Shown one piece after another: positions 13,380 to 26,288 of a stretch of DNA of 64,000 bases. The translations under genes were made by a program, and so were the position numbers. A model generated the notes under the pieces. That model was not told the DNA's origin and ran no database searches. It worked only from the letters and a program-made list of their open reading frames with translations. The stretch comes from Vicugna vicugna (Eukaryota): NCBI GenBank assembly GCA_013265495.1, contig MU058463.1, positions 2,441,523-2,505,522 on the forward strand. The letters are read 5' to 3'. Each line of letters starts with the position of its first letter. Position 1 is the stretch's first letter.

Positions 13380-14210
13380 ACATGTTTCACCACACGTAAA
13401 CATTGCAGGGACTCGGTCCCCGCACGGAAGCAGCTCACCATCTAATGCGAAAGGCCGAAGAACCTAATTATCAGCAGTATGGGGCAGAAAAGAGTAAGTG
13501 TTGACCGGGAGGTGCAGAATGTACGGAGGCAAGGGAAAGGGGGACATTCATTTCAATCAGGGAAATCAGGAAAGGATCATGACGGAGACTTCTTGGAGCT
13601 GAGTTTTGCCTTATGGATAAGATGCTAAGAAAGTCTTCGTCTGTTTAGGGCTGGAGACAGGGAGGGTAGAGAGCATTCTAGAAAGAAAAATGGTTTGCAA
13701 ACACTAGGAAGTGGGTAGGTGTTTGAATAACTGCTGATGATCTGATGTCACTATGTCAGAGAAAGGTACTAAAGGTGTAGGGCAAGAAGCAAATGGCATA
13801 GGGACTAAGGGGCAGATCATGGAGGCTATTGATTGCCTCCATGGTGTTGGTCGTGCAGGCCCGGGAAGACGTATGTCAGGACTCGGAGCCAAGGAGAGGC
13901 ACAACCGAGCAGGGTGCAAGGAAGGTTGCTCTGGGAGTGGTTTACAGAAAGGATGAGAGGGGAAAGATTGTGCTGGGGAGAGGCTAAGAAAGGAATAGGA
14001 GGGGAACTCAAAAGAGGCAGACAGCCAGGTGAGGTCCAAATGAGTTTCACATTCTGCAAGTAGCAATAGGAACAGAAGAAAAGATGGTCAGGGAGTGGGA
14101 CTCCAGAAGAGGCAGGAGCCACAGACAATGGTGGGATTTCTGGATTTAATAATGGTAAGGATGGTGAGGATGGAGGTGAATTCAGTGATGCGGAACAAAG
14201 AGGGGACTGG
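13380..14210 (-). mobile_element. L2 fragment
   Basis: gagctgagttttg...agagcattctagaaag...caaacactaggaagtggg...ggcagatcatggagg...gaggtccaaatgag, L2 antisense pattern. Confidence 0.6.
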
Positions 14211-17200
14211 TGAAAAGATATTTGTTTGGGTTTGCTTGAAATCCTCATAGTATTTTAGTTTTGTGGATAAAGCACAATACTTTTTTCTTTTGAAAAAAAT
14301 GAGCAGGCAGGAGCTGCATGTTTTGCAGACTGTGATTTACGGTGCACAGTGGTTGTGTAAGTTTTACTCTCTTTGGCCTAAGCTCTCAAAAGAGAGCTCT
14401 TGCTGGGACACGCATTCTGATTTTGTGTTTCTGTGTTTTACGAGGGAATTGAAATGCACCACTTCAGAGTGAATTAGGAGTAAGTTTGTACATTTTTCTG
14501 CTTAGTGGAACTCAAATAGTTTCTCAGGGAATACGTTCTCTGTTTTCCCAACACCTTTCCCTTATTCCCCAAACATTACCACGTGTCTCTCATATTTCCC
14601 ACAGTGTCATCAGACCGAGAGAGCGAGGGAAAGAACAGGCAGAGGACACGATAATTTTACACCTGAGACAGTGATATGTAGGATCTGAAGTTCCTAAACT
14701 CCTGAAGACTCTTGGGTACGAGGTACCTTTTGTGTTCCAGCACAAAACCAACACAGCACGTGGAGTAGTCCCTGAAGGTATCAGGCCATAGACTGCACCT
14801 GAAAACTCTTATTGTCGAGCGTTTGGGAACATTTCATAGTGTTTCCTCAGTGCCCAGTTTCACACTTATAATATACTGAAATTAAAAAGGAAGCCTTTGT
14901 TAATATTCAACAGGCCTAATACTGAGGAAATGTAGATGCAGTTCCTCTTACCTCTCCTTTTAACACTTTTTTCTCATATTTAATCTCACGGGAATCCCTT
15001 CCCTCTCTATTCTTCCCTTTGTCGTACTACCCAAACTTCTGTGAGCAAACGACTGGGAGGAGTTCTCTGATCTAAACCCAGTATCACTCAGAAGGGCTAG
15101 GGGATTAATCCCATTCGGAAGAAGACGGTTCTCAAGTTATACATATTTGAAAGGGCCGCTTGTGTAGTAGGTTGCAAATTTATGTGCATTACACCTGATG
15201 TGCCCAGAAAAAATAAGAGCTAAAAAGCACCTGAGGCTGGTGCTTCCAGGGATTGAGTTCTTTGAGGAGGGTTTCCAGGTCCTCCTACATCAGGAGACAT
15301 CAGGTCACGCAGATGATGCCAGTGGAGACACAGCCACTGGCAGGACAGGCAACATCACTTTGATATTATTCTCTGGCTGTCTCTGGACCTTGTGTTTCAC
15401 TGAGCAAAGTCTGGACATGCTTGGGCTTTGGGTCTTTTTTTTTTTTGTCTTTGTACGAATTTAGGAATTATTAGAGCCAGAAGCCACAGTTTGGCGAGAA
15501 ACCCCTTAGAACAATGGGAGAAGCTGGCGTGAAGGAGGGGGGCTCCTCCAGGGTTCTTTTTCTGCTGAGGGTCTGATGACCTCGGAAGGTGAAAAGCACT
15601 ACCTAGAGCTCTTCAGGGGGTGGGTTCCTTTAAAGGGAGTGAAATACCAGAGTTAGCATGATAATCATGGGGTGTTGGAAATGCTGCCTCATAGGAAACA
15701 GTAAAAAGAGACCAGCTATGTTGGCATTAAGGAAACCAGTGCAATATTAAAGTTTATCAGGTGAAGGAACTGAAGCAAAGGAAGTAGTTTAAATTACTTT
15801 CTAAAGTTGGAATACCTTTCTGAGTACCATCACCAGTAACCTGGGTTCAGCTCTCACTAAAGTTTTCAAATAACTAACATGCTAGAGTGTGATTCCTATT
15901 TTTCCTAAATAAGAAAATGATAACTTTCAGTTATCATGGAGGGAATGTAGACGTTCTGGGAGAGGAAATTCAAATCACAGAACCCAGCCCAGTTCCCTGC
16001 GACAAGGGTCTTTCTGTAAATGCATCCGTCACCAGTTCATGATGACCTTGTATGAGCTTTTTCACTGGACTGGCTCCCAGTTTGCTCGTTGGAAAATGGA
16101 AGCTGTGGTGTCCAGATTATGAAGATCCTTTCATCTTTCTAAGGACATTGAGCATTTTTACTGGGAGTTGAGAAGGAATGATCACTGGGGTTTTAGCAGC
16201 AGAAACAAGATGAAATCTGGGTTTTAGAAGATCACTCTGGCGCCATTCTGAGGCGGAATGGGGCAATGCCACCAAGCTGATCAATACTTCTGGGATGATG
16301 GCCAGAAAAGGAGCAAAAGTCTCCAGAAAACAGCATTTATTTGAAACCAAAGGGCATCAATTCACGACAGAAGAGGCTCCATGAGCTCAAGTCGTACCAA
16401 GGTGAGTCTGACCCTCTGAAGAACATCAGAGAAAAGAAGAATTTCTGCCCATGTAGAATTTCTCCAGCTAAAGGGAATTTTTTTTTTCTGTCCAGATGTG
16501 TTCTATATTACTCTGAACTTCTGATTCACGGTGAGATTTGTTTCAAATTGAGAGTCAGTTTTCTTTTGTATTTAAATGCACCATTGCTGTCCTGAACCTT
16601 TCAAGCAAACATCAAGATGGAAGCCTTGAAGTGAATTGTTAAAAAAAAAAAAAAAAGGAAGCAAGCTATTGTTTTACAGAACAAAAGTAAAAATCTACAA
16701 GCAACGGTAATGGGCAATGGATATAATTTTGAAACACTCGGCAATTGGATTACAAATGTGTAAATATTTACATACACGTTTCAGCAAATTATATTTTATT
16801 TCCTGGCAAAGTCATCCTAGGTGGAGCAGGGCTGGTGCCTCATTTGGTGGTGCTATACCCTGAGAAGTGCTGGTCTCTCCCACTGAGTCCTAATTGCATG
16901 CATTTTCCCTGGTAAACCAAAATCTCATAGCTGGGGTCACTTTTGGTAATTAGTCAATACTTAATACAATTTGTATTCCCACCTTTTGTTGCTGCTGTTA
17001 TTTTAAAAAACAAGACAGAAAAAAAACCTTCTTTTTGTTTTTTTGCATGGATTTACTTTAAAACTTGTGTGGTCCGCACAGTAGAACTCAGCCAGCTGAG
17101 ATTTGCTGTGACGATGGTTTATTTAAGCAGCTGTATTCTGTTGTAGAGTATCTTGTGACTTGCCTCAAGGAAAATGTCTGTATCCCCCAGACTGTTTGAT

Positions 17201-17627
17201 TGCAGCTCCTGTTTTGGACTCTTTGGGGCGGGCTGTCCCTGTATGCTATCTGGTGTCAGCTGCAGCGAGCGGTGGGGGATGGATCTTCTCGCAGCCTGCT
17301 GATGTCAAGGTCTCAGTGAGCTCGGGAGGTCAGATTCCGGGGCTCATCCGCCTTGTCAGGAGCACTTTATTTGTATTGCTCGTGTCGCCTGATGTGTCCT
17401 CACATCAGAATCCTGAGAGTCAGGATAACAGCTACAAAGCGGTAATTTTTCCAGCATCTGTCCTCGTCCGTTTGGAGGGACCTACAGCCCATCGGTGGCA
17501 AATTTCTTTCCAGCAATCATAGCTGTCCTCAGGGAGTGTCACTGAGGCCCCCGATAGTGCTTGCTCCCTGTCTCTGGGTGGTGCGGGGCTCTGGTCTCCA
17601 GCCTATTCAGTTGTCTGAGGCGAATAT

Positions 17628-17628
<1 letters not shown>

Positions 17629-17658
<30 letters not shown>
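17629..17658 (+). repeat. (GT)15 microsatellite
   Basis: Read directly. Confidence 0.95.
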
Positions 17659-17660
<2 letters not shown>

Positions 17661-17842
17661 TGTGGGTGTCCTTGTGGATACGAGGAGAGGCTCAGAGGGA
17701 CAGGTGTCGCAGGACCTGTTAGTCTTGGGTGGCCGGAGGCTGGGAAACAGCACAATCTGTATTTTCCTTCCTGTCCTTCTAAACGGTTTGAATATTTATT
17801 AGAAGCACATGCTACTTTTACAGGAAGAGAAAGGCCTGTTTA

Positions 17843-18209
17843 AAAAACAGACCGAATGTTTGTGTTCTCCCAGAATGCATATGTTACAAAACCAATATCC
17901 CAAGGTAATGGTATTTGGAGGTGGGGCCTTGGGAGGTGATGAGGTCATGCCGTGGCACCCTCTTGAATAGGACTGGTGCTCTTGAAAAGGGGATCCCAGA
18001 GAGGTCTCTTGTCTCTTCTGCTGTGTGGGGCCACAGCGAGACGACAGCAGTCTGTGAGCCGGGAAGTGGACCTCACCGGACACCAAACCTGCTGGCACCT
18101 TGATCCTGGACTGCCCAGCCCCCAGGGCGGTGAGAAACAAGTTCCCACTGTCTATGAGCTGCCCAGTCTATGGTGTTGTTACTTACAGCAGCCTGCACAG
18201 ACTAAGACA
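17843..18209 (+). mobile_element. MaLR solo LTR, MLT1A/MLT1A0-like
   Basis: gaatgtttgtg...ggtatttggaggtggggccttgggaggtgat...ctgctggcaccttgatcctggact...gactaagaca matches the MLT1A0 layout and ends in CA. Confidence 0.85.
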
Positions 18210-18639
18210 AATGGCAAAGTGGAAAGAGTTTCCAAGGAAAGAGCCCGTTCCTGAGGGTGGGCCATGGGAGAGGAAAGCTTGGTATGGGTTGTGTGAGGGG
18301 CTGGGGCCACAGAGGGCTGACTGAGGGCAGATGAGGGATGTAGTGGGGAGAACTGAGGGCCAGCCCAGGAGATCTATGCAGGAAGGATGGCCTTCCATTA
18401 GCCATCTTGCTGGCAAAGATTCAAGATGGGCCCTTTGAACTCAGTCTGTTCTCTTCTCCAAGACTCTGAGTGGTTCCCTGTACACCATTAACCCTGTTAC
18501 TGTCAAGGGTACCTGAGCACTCACCCACTATAATAGCTCTGTTCCCATGTGGAACCTTCATTCTTGGTCGGGACCCAGGACTCCTCCCATCACTACCTCT
18601 GCCAACTGAATTCAATGTCTTATATTATTTCTGTCCATG

Positions 18640-18770
18640 GCTTTATATTCTATTAGAGATTTTAAATTCCTTTGCGGATAGGAACTGTATCTTATCCAGT
18701 TTCACTCCCTTCTCCAGAATTTGAACTGTAATTCACATGTAGCAGGTGCTCAATGAATGTTAAACTAAAA
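18640..18770 (+). mobile_element. L2 3' end
   Basis: ...ggataggaactgtatcttatc...cacatgtagcaggtgctcaatgaatgtt. Confidence 0.6.
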
Positions 18771-20869
18771 CAAGGAAATAAGAGTGAGGAAACATTTCAT
18801 TATTTCACTAGTGTGGCAAGGGCTACACCCGTGAGAAATTCTTGGCTTAGTTCCCACTACATTTGGCATCTGTAAGAAGGAGATCATCTTAATTTCTCAT
18901 CACGTTGGTAGGGTTATGTATGATAAGGCTTAAGGAAAAAAAATCCATGTTAAGGCCATGTCACATTGTTAGTGCTTCGAGAATGACTGAGGTCAAAATG
19001 CCTGTGAAAGTTTGGAATTTTGCTTATTTCATCGATTTGAACAGAATCAACTGCCAAAGAAAACATATGAATAAATGGGTTTTTTCAGTCTATTCTGTTT
19101 CCATGAAAATATTCCATAACATAAGAATTGGCTTATATCTAGTTGAACTCACCTAAGTTTGGCAGACCTGAAGATCATGTAAGTCACATTAGTGGAGAGG
19201 AATATCTCTTGGGCAGAAGAGACTGGTAATTTTACTAAACGCAAGTCCTAGCAGGACTGAGTCAACTCAGTTTTTATTTATCTCTGAATCCTTTGCTCAT
19301 AGAAAAGTACCTGCCCTGAAAAGAGACTGAAAATACTTGGTTAAAAAAAGTTAATGAATGGCCTGGGGTCAAAGTTGCTTGATAGTTTCTAAATTGTACA
19401 AAAATATTTCAAATATATCACTCATAAGAAAGAAAAATGTGTATGTGAGTCTGAGATTTGGGTAACCATGTCAGGGTGTTTATTTCTGATTAAAAACTGT
19501 AAAATCAAAGCAGTTCAGCTGTTTGTTACTGAAGATCCAACTAAACTGGGTTGAGTAGAAGCAACCTAAGATAATCTTGATTAAGTGGCAGTCACTTGAA
19601 TGTTTGGGTCGAAGTGCTTTTTGTGGATCCCCTACGTTAGGAAAGCTAAGCTGTTGAACAAGTAAATCAATAATTTGTGAAAGAATCCAATAAATGTGTG
19701 TAGAAAGGCTGATTTTGGAGTTGCTCTCTTTCAGGGATGTGAGAGGAGCAGCTGAGGGGGGGGGTCCTTAAAATAAATCTAATGCTCTTGCTGCTGTGCA
19801 CAGAACAGCTGCCCCGCCTGGTGCTATTTCCTTTGCCACCTGGTACAGCCATGTGAGGGACCAGCCCAAGGGAGGAAGTGGTCCAAGAGGGTTTTCCACT
19901 TCAACTGTAAACTGGCAAAGAGCTGTTTCCCTCCCCTGCAAAAGATTCACCAGCTCCTAAAGAGGTGATCTATATGACAAGGTTCTTGCCAATTATAAAG
20001 GACTTACTAACTTCCTTACAAGTTATAAATGGTGAGGACTCGTGTCCATCTGTTGTATAGACTAAATATGGCTTAGAGTTGAAATACTTGTGAAATCCAG
20101 GCCCTGTGCTCTTTTCCCTCCCTGATGGTGAAATTTGGCGCTTGGAGTGTCTCAATCCCTGTTGAACAATGGTTGAGGTGCAGGCAGAGCAGGGAGGTGG
20201 GTAGTGTTGCTGATAAATAGATGAAGTTGTGGAGTGTGAGCCGCACCGATGCTGGGAGCTGGGCTTCCCACTTTGATTAACCTCTGTGTGCAGTCACACT
20301 CACGCAGCCAACTGAGGACTCCATAAATGCCATCTTGAAAGTGGAAGTAGCTTAGGCTCCGGGACACTACCTCAAAAGAAAGATCTGGAGAGGGAGGATT
20401 AAACTGCTATTTAATTGTTGGGGACACGTCCACAATGTAACAAATGCCCTTAGAGAAGCAATTTGGAAAAGAGTGAGTTGGAGACCTTGGGGGAAAGTCA
20501 GAATCTTTAGTCATAAAACACCTGAACAAGACATAATTATTAGCCCCGAGCTTTATTTTAATGATGTACTATGTCTTAAATATAATACCGACAGTTCTCT
20601 GAAAGATGCCAGCTGCTCAGAACAGGCGAAACAAAAGGAAAAGAAGGGCCATTTGTAATGAGTCTGGATCTTTGTACAACCTGTCACTGTGGTCGTCTGA
20701 AGCTCTGGTGCCCTCAAGGGGCTGACAGAATGCGCCGGCATATGCCATGGGACATCTGCCGACAGTCCTCTGGGCTGAGTGGTCCCCACTTTGATCCTTT
20801 GCCCTGGGTGCGCCTATGCATTCGCAGCAGGTTGTGAGAGAGCGTCTAAAAGACAGTCACTGGAGCGGG

Positions 20870-21060
20870 GTGGTTGATCAAGCGTTTTCCTTGGACTTTG
20901 GAGACCTGGGTTCAAATTCTGACTCTAAGTTTGACAAATAATTTTGCTTTTGACATCACAGTTCCTAATCTGCAAAATGGGATTGAGTCTAGATACTTTC
21001 AAGGATTAACATAAAGGCTGAGTAAATGTTTTATGTGAAAATGCTTAGAAAGTAGCAGAA
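20870..21060 (+). mobile_element. MIR SINE
   Basis: ggactttggagacctgggttcaaattctgactct...cagttcctaatctgcaaaatggg. Confidence 0.7.
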
Positions 21061-21734
21061 GCTTTTCTGAAGGTAAGGTGATTATCTCAACTCCTTCTAC
21101 GGAAAAGCAAATCTCTTATTATCAACTTAATGTTTATCTGGACAAACAATCTTGGTTTTTTTTTATTAATGACCTTATTCTTTATGTTACAAAAATGTGT
21201 TATCCAACCTAAATTCCTTGAGACAATGCACATTTGTGACCTGGCTGAATGGACAGATAATTTCATTTAGAGGAGGGAATAGCGTAGTGATCTTCTTTGG
21301 CACTTTTCACTCATAATTATTTAGAATTTTTCAGTCTTTTGGAAAAAAAGACCAGATGAGCAATGCTTGAAAGGCATTTAAATACTAACTCAGTATTATT
21401 ACCTCCAAGAAGCTGCTCACAAACGCCCAAGCTGGGTTCACATATTCATTCATTTGTTCCATAGCCAGAAACTCACCCATACTTTACTGCTCCCACAATG
21501 CCCACACGCATCACCATCACTGTTCTTGACATTTCATGATACAATTAAGTTTTTGTAGGTTTTATCTTCCCCACTAAAATAAGAGAACCTTAAAGATAAA
21601 ACTTTGACCTATTTGTTTTCACACCTATTGGGCTTGACATATTATTACCTGGCATATTATTAGACTTATGAAAATCAAATACTTGTGAAAATACTTGTAA
21701 AAAATACTTGTGAAATCTTGTGAAAATGCTTACA

Positions 21735-22200
21735 TCCAAGAAGGGGCTCCTGGCAGCAAATAACAGATGACCTAACTCAGAATGACTTAAACACTGAGGA
21801 TTTTTGATATTCATGTTGTAAGAAGCTCAGAGGGAGGGTGGTTGATTCATTAGCTTCACAATATTACTCAAGATTCAATTTCTTTCCATCTTTCTGCATT
21901 CTCATTTTCAGGGTGGCTGGGTGGCTGCCATCACACCGGATGTACAGCATCCTATAGAATCTCCTTCAGGAAAGGGTTTAATTCCTTTATTCTTTTCTAT
22001 GTCTTTCTTTGTTTTAAGTTCTGACTCCCCCATCCTCCACTTCCACCCCAGTCAGACTTTTCCTACCATCTCATTGGCCATCCTTACCCTTCAACTAATC
22101 ACTGGCACAGGAATGGTGATACCAAGATAGGTTATAATTAAACAGAACTTACCACTGGGCTGAGCACTGGGAACTCTTTCTTGACCAAATGGCCAGTCAA
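21735..22200 (-). mobile_element. Old MaLR LTR (MLT1J/K/L-like)
   Basis: gcaaataacagatgacctaactcagaatgacttaaac...tttccatctttctgc...gtggctgcc...cagacttttcct...tcattggcca. Confidence 0.6.
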
Positions 22201-23214
22201 AGGAGAACGGATATCTGAAAAACACTTGTTTCATTGTGCTATTTTTTTAATATGAAAGAATGCTGAGTTGGCAAGGTAATCAGGAATGTCATCCAGAGCC
22301 AAATATTTATAGTAAAACAATGAAACGACACTACATTTTAGTTCACCAAAAAATTTGTTACAATATGGAGAATGATATGAATTTGATTTTAAACACTTAA
22401 GTGTCATGAGACCTGAGTCCAGAGTTACCTTCTTTTCTGAATATTCTCCTTCAGGAATAATGAAATTTAAAATTCTTCAATGCTTTAGAAGGTCATATTT
22501 ATATTAGGCCAAAATAGAAGAAGAAAATAAAAATAATTTGCCCACCCACCTACCAATGATGCCTCAAATTCAACTTTAAGCTTTATTCCTTTAGATTCAG
22601 ACACTAATACCTCATTGATAGAAACACATTAATTTATAATCAGTCACTTACAAGTTCATGTCAAATATTTTATTATGTACTTGTTTTTGATAAACAAGCC
22701 AAGTGTAAGTGTTTGATATGTAATAAAGACCCCAAATACAGTGAGCACCACCAAACTACTTAGAGGATTTTCCTGTTTTCTGTTTTTTATATTTAATAAA
22801 AACTGATATTAAATTCATATATTCAAATTCAAGGGTAAATTTGAGTCAGTGTAACCTAAATTAAATATAGATAACCTCTCTTTAAAAGTCTGAACTATAA
22901 CATCTAGCACTAAAATCTTGAAAACATTTTTGGAATTTTTGATCCCTAATGTTCTATCTATAATACCTACAGTATTACTGCTAGGTCACTGAGGCCGATG
23001 ATTGCTATAAAAATTCACTTAAGAATAGTTCTTTGGAATTTTTTCATCAAAAGAAAGTATTCTCTGGTTATTATAAACAAGCCTAAAACAACATTTCTGC
23101 AAATTCTCTGTAGTCTGTCTCCTGCTACAAGGGATAAAAACATTAATATTTGTAACAGTAACTGGAAATCATATGGCACGTTGCACTTTATAAAGTGCTG
23201 TCTCATAATTCCCT

Positions 23215-24165
23215 CTTTTTTTAATTGAAGTATATTTGATTTTACAATATTATATTAGTTTCAGGCGTACAGCATAGTGATTCAGTGTTTTTACAGATTA
23301 TACTCCATTAAAAGTTATTACGAGATAATGGCTATATTTCCCTGCATTATACAATATATCCTTGTTGCTTACCTATTTTATACATAATAGTTTGCTTCTC
23401 TCTCTCTCTCTCTTTTTAAACTTACTCTTTTTGTATAGGATTCTTTATTTTGTTCTGAGTTTTAATTTTTTTAAAATTTTATTTTGGAGGGGGAGGTAAT
23501 TAGGTTTTTATTTATTTATTTATGCATTTATTGAAGGTGTTGGGGATTGAACCCAGTACCTCCTACAGGCTAAGCATGCACTCTACCACTGAGCTATACC
23601 CTCACCCCTGCATCTCTTCTTTTTTTTTACCCCCCTGCATCTCTTAATCCTATACTGCCCCTTCCTTCTTGCCTCTCCTTTTTGGTAACCACTAGTTTGT
23701 TTTCTACATCTGGGAGTCTGTTTCTTTTTGCATATACATTCATTTATATTACTTTTAAGATTCCATATATAAGTAATATCATACAGTATTTGTCTTTATC
23801 TCTCTGACTTATTTCACTAAGCATAATATTCCTATACACATTGTACAAATGACTGGCTTTCATTCTTTTTTATGACTGAGTAATATTCCATTGTATATAA
23901 ATATTGCCTCTATCCATTCATATTTTGACTGGCATTTCTTGGCTATTGTAAATGGTGCTGCTATGAACACTGGGGTGCATGAATCTTTACAAATTAGTGT
24001 TTTCATTTTTTCCAGACATATCCAGGAGTAGAATTTCTGGGTCACATGGTAGGTCTCTTTTTAGTTTTGTGAGGAACCTTCATATTGTTTTCCATAGTGC
24101 CTGTACCAATTTATATTCTTGCTAACAGTGTACAAGGGTTTCCTTTTTTTCACATGCCCGCCCTG
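23215..24165 (-). mobile_element. L1 3' end (Laurasiatherian/artiodactyl L1) interrupted by a SINE
   Basis: ttttttttaattgaagtatatttgattttacaatatt...; ORF 23860-24045(-) contains [14 protein letters not shown] (L1 ORF2 C-terminus). Confidence 0.9.
23413..23608 (-). mobile_element. tRNA-Ala-derived camelid SINE (vic-1-like) nested in L1
   Basis: Reverse complement ggggtgagggtatagctcagtggtagagtgcatgcttagc...gggttcaatccccaac (Pol III A and B boxes), then aaataaataaa...cctaattacctccccc and an A-rich tail. Confidence 0.85.
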
Positions 24166-24699
24166 GTTTGTATCCAGCTTATTGGAAGCCAGGCTTTTAT
24201 ATTTCTGGAAAAACTTAACAATAACAAAGGAAATACTTACAGACATTGATGTTTGTGATTCTCCTAAATAGAATTACTCTACGATGTTAGTTTATAGTCA
24301 ATGAGACTTGTCTACTTACACAAAGCTTCCAATCAGCTTTTTGGTTATTCACTCTTAAATATGAATATACAATCAAGCATCATGATATGTTTGAGGAGAC
24401 CCTTAAATATTAAAAAGATAGACAAAAACAAACATGAAGATACGATAATTTGGAGGGAACAGATACAATGCAGGATGCATAAGGAAGCCTTCTATCATCA
24501 GAAAGATGAGAAGATATTGCATTCATGAAACAAGAACAAGATGCTCTGAAAGAAATAAGAAACATAAAAGAACTCTTGAAAAAATACATGTAGAAAAATA
24601 TATCTAAATACTTGGAAAATAATATTTAGAAAATATCTCAGGAAATAAGACTAAAATATAGGGACAGAAATTAGAAATAAAAAGAATAAGAAAAAGACC

Positions 24700-25545
24700 T
24701 AAATTGTGACAATGTCAAATGTTGACAAAGCTGTGGGGAAATTAAGTCAAATCCTGCTTGTGGGCATGTAAATTGTAACTTCTACTTTGGAGAAGAATTT
24801 GGCATTATCTTCTAAATGGAAGAGGAGTATCATTATGACTCAGCAATTTACCTCTAGGTGTATACTCTTAGTCTAGAGTGTTTTCCCTGAGGATAAGAAT
24901 CACTCAGAGTGGGTGGGTGGGGGACTTATTAAATGTGCATCTTCCCAGTCTTTTCCATGGAGATCATGCTTGAGAAAGACTGAGAGGAAGCGTGGGATTC
25001 TGTATTGAAATGTTTGAATGTGTGTGCAAGGCTGTTGAAGAACTGTTTTTAACAACTGTAATTTGTTTATCTACAAACAAACGTATGGGTAAATTATGAT
25101 ACAATGGAATGCTACTGAAATAAACTATATACGTTAATACATATCTATGAATTAACAGGGATAAATATTGAAAATATAATAGAATATAAGCATCACAAAA
25201 GGATAAGTATAGCAGGGATCATGTATGCAAAGCTCAATACATATTTAAAATATGTAAATATAAAATAACTATTTTATATTATATGTAACATATATAATAG
25301 AAAATATATATTTAATATTATCATATATAATAACATTATATATAATATAAAATAATAGAGGAGAGTGATATGTTACAACTTCAGGAAAGTGATTGCCTCT
25401 AGAGAGAGAAGTGGGCTTCAACTCTGTGTAATGTTTATTTACTGAATAAAAAAGACCTGAGGCAAATACAACAAAATTGTGTATTGGGTACATAGTTTTA
25501 CTGCCTTTTCCTTTGCCCTTTTTTATGTTTTAATTATTTTGTTTA
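24700..25545 (+). mobile_element. Degenerate L1ME-type 3' region with small MER5-like insert and AT-rich tract
   Basis: gtgggcatgtaaattgtaac...ctttggagaagaatttggca...cagcaatttacctctaggtgtatac; (TA)-rich tract at about 25240-25355. Confidence 0.55.
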
Positions 25546-25999
25546 AAAAAAAACCAAATAGGCTTAGGAAATTTGAGGGTATTGTGTACAAGTCTGATTA
25601 CGAGGTCTGACTTTTCTTGTATACACCATGCTCATTTTGGATCCTTGATGATTTCCAGTGTGGGATTCTTTAGAGTGGAGCAAAAAGATAAAGATCCCAG
25701 TAAAGCAGTTTGAGAGAGTACAAAATTCTCTTAGTTTTACTCCCTTTCTCTTTGTTTTCTATTTCAAAATTCTCTTAGTTTTACTGTTTTCCTCTTTAAT
25801 TTGAGAGCAATTAATTTTTTTATAATTTGAGAGCAATTTTTAAAGCAATTTTATCAAGTCTCTTCAGAATATTCATCTTAGTTTTCAGAGAAATGTCTAT
25901 TTGTTTTAGAACTGTTATTTCATATAGGTTTATGTCATATTTAGCAAAATAAAATAATGTAACAACTGAGACCATGGGCAAGTTTGTGAATAAACACAA

Positions 26000-26288
26000 C
26001 TGATTCTTCTTTACTTATTTATTTTAAAATTTATTTTTATTTTTATTTTTTATTCAGGCATGGTTGATTTACAATATTATGTAAAGTTCAGGTGTACAAC
26101 ATAGTGATTCACAATTTTTAAAGGTTATATTCTATTTATAGATATTATAATATATTGGCTACATTCCCTGTGCTGAACAATATATCCTTGAAGCTGTTAT
26201 TTTATACATAGTAGTTTGTACCTCTTAATCCCTTACTCCTATCTTGTCCCTCTCCCCCTTTTCTCTCCCCACTGGTAACCAGTAGTTT
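26000..26288 (-). mobile_element. Short L1 3' end
   Basis: T-rich tail, then ttgatttacaatattatg...caggtgtacaacatagtgattc...cccactggtaaccagtagttt; degenerate flanking repeat aacacaact. Confidence 0.85.
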
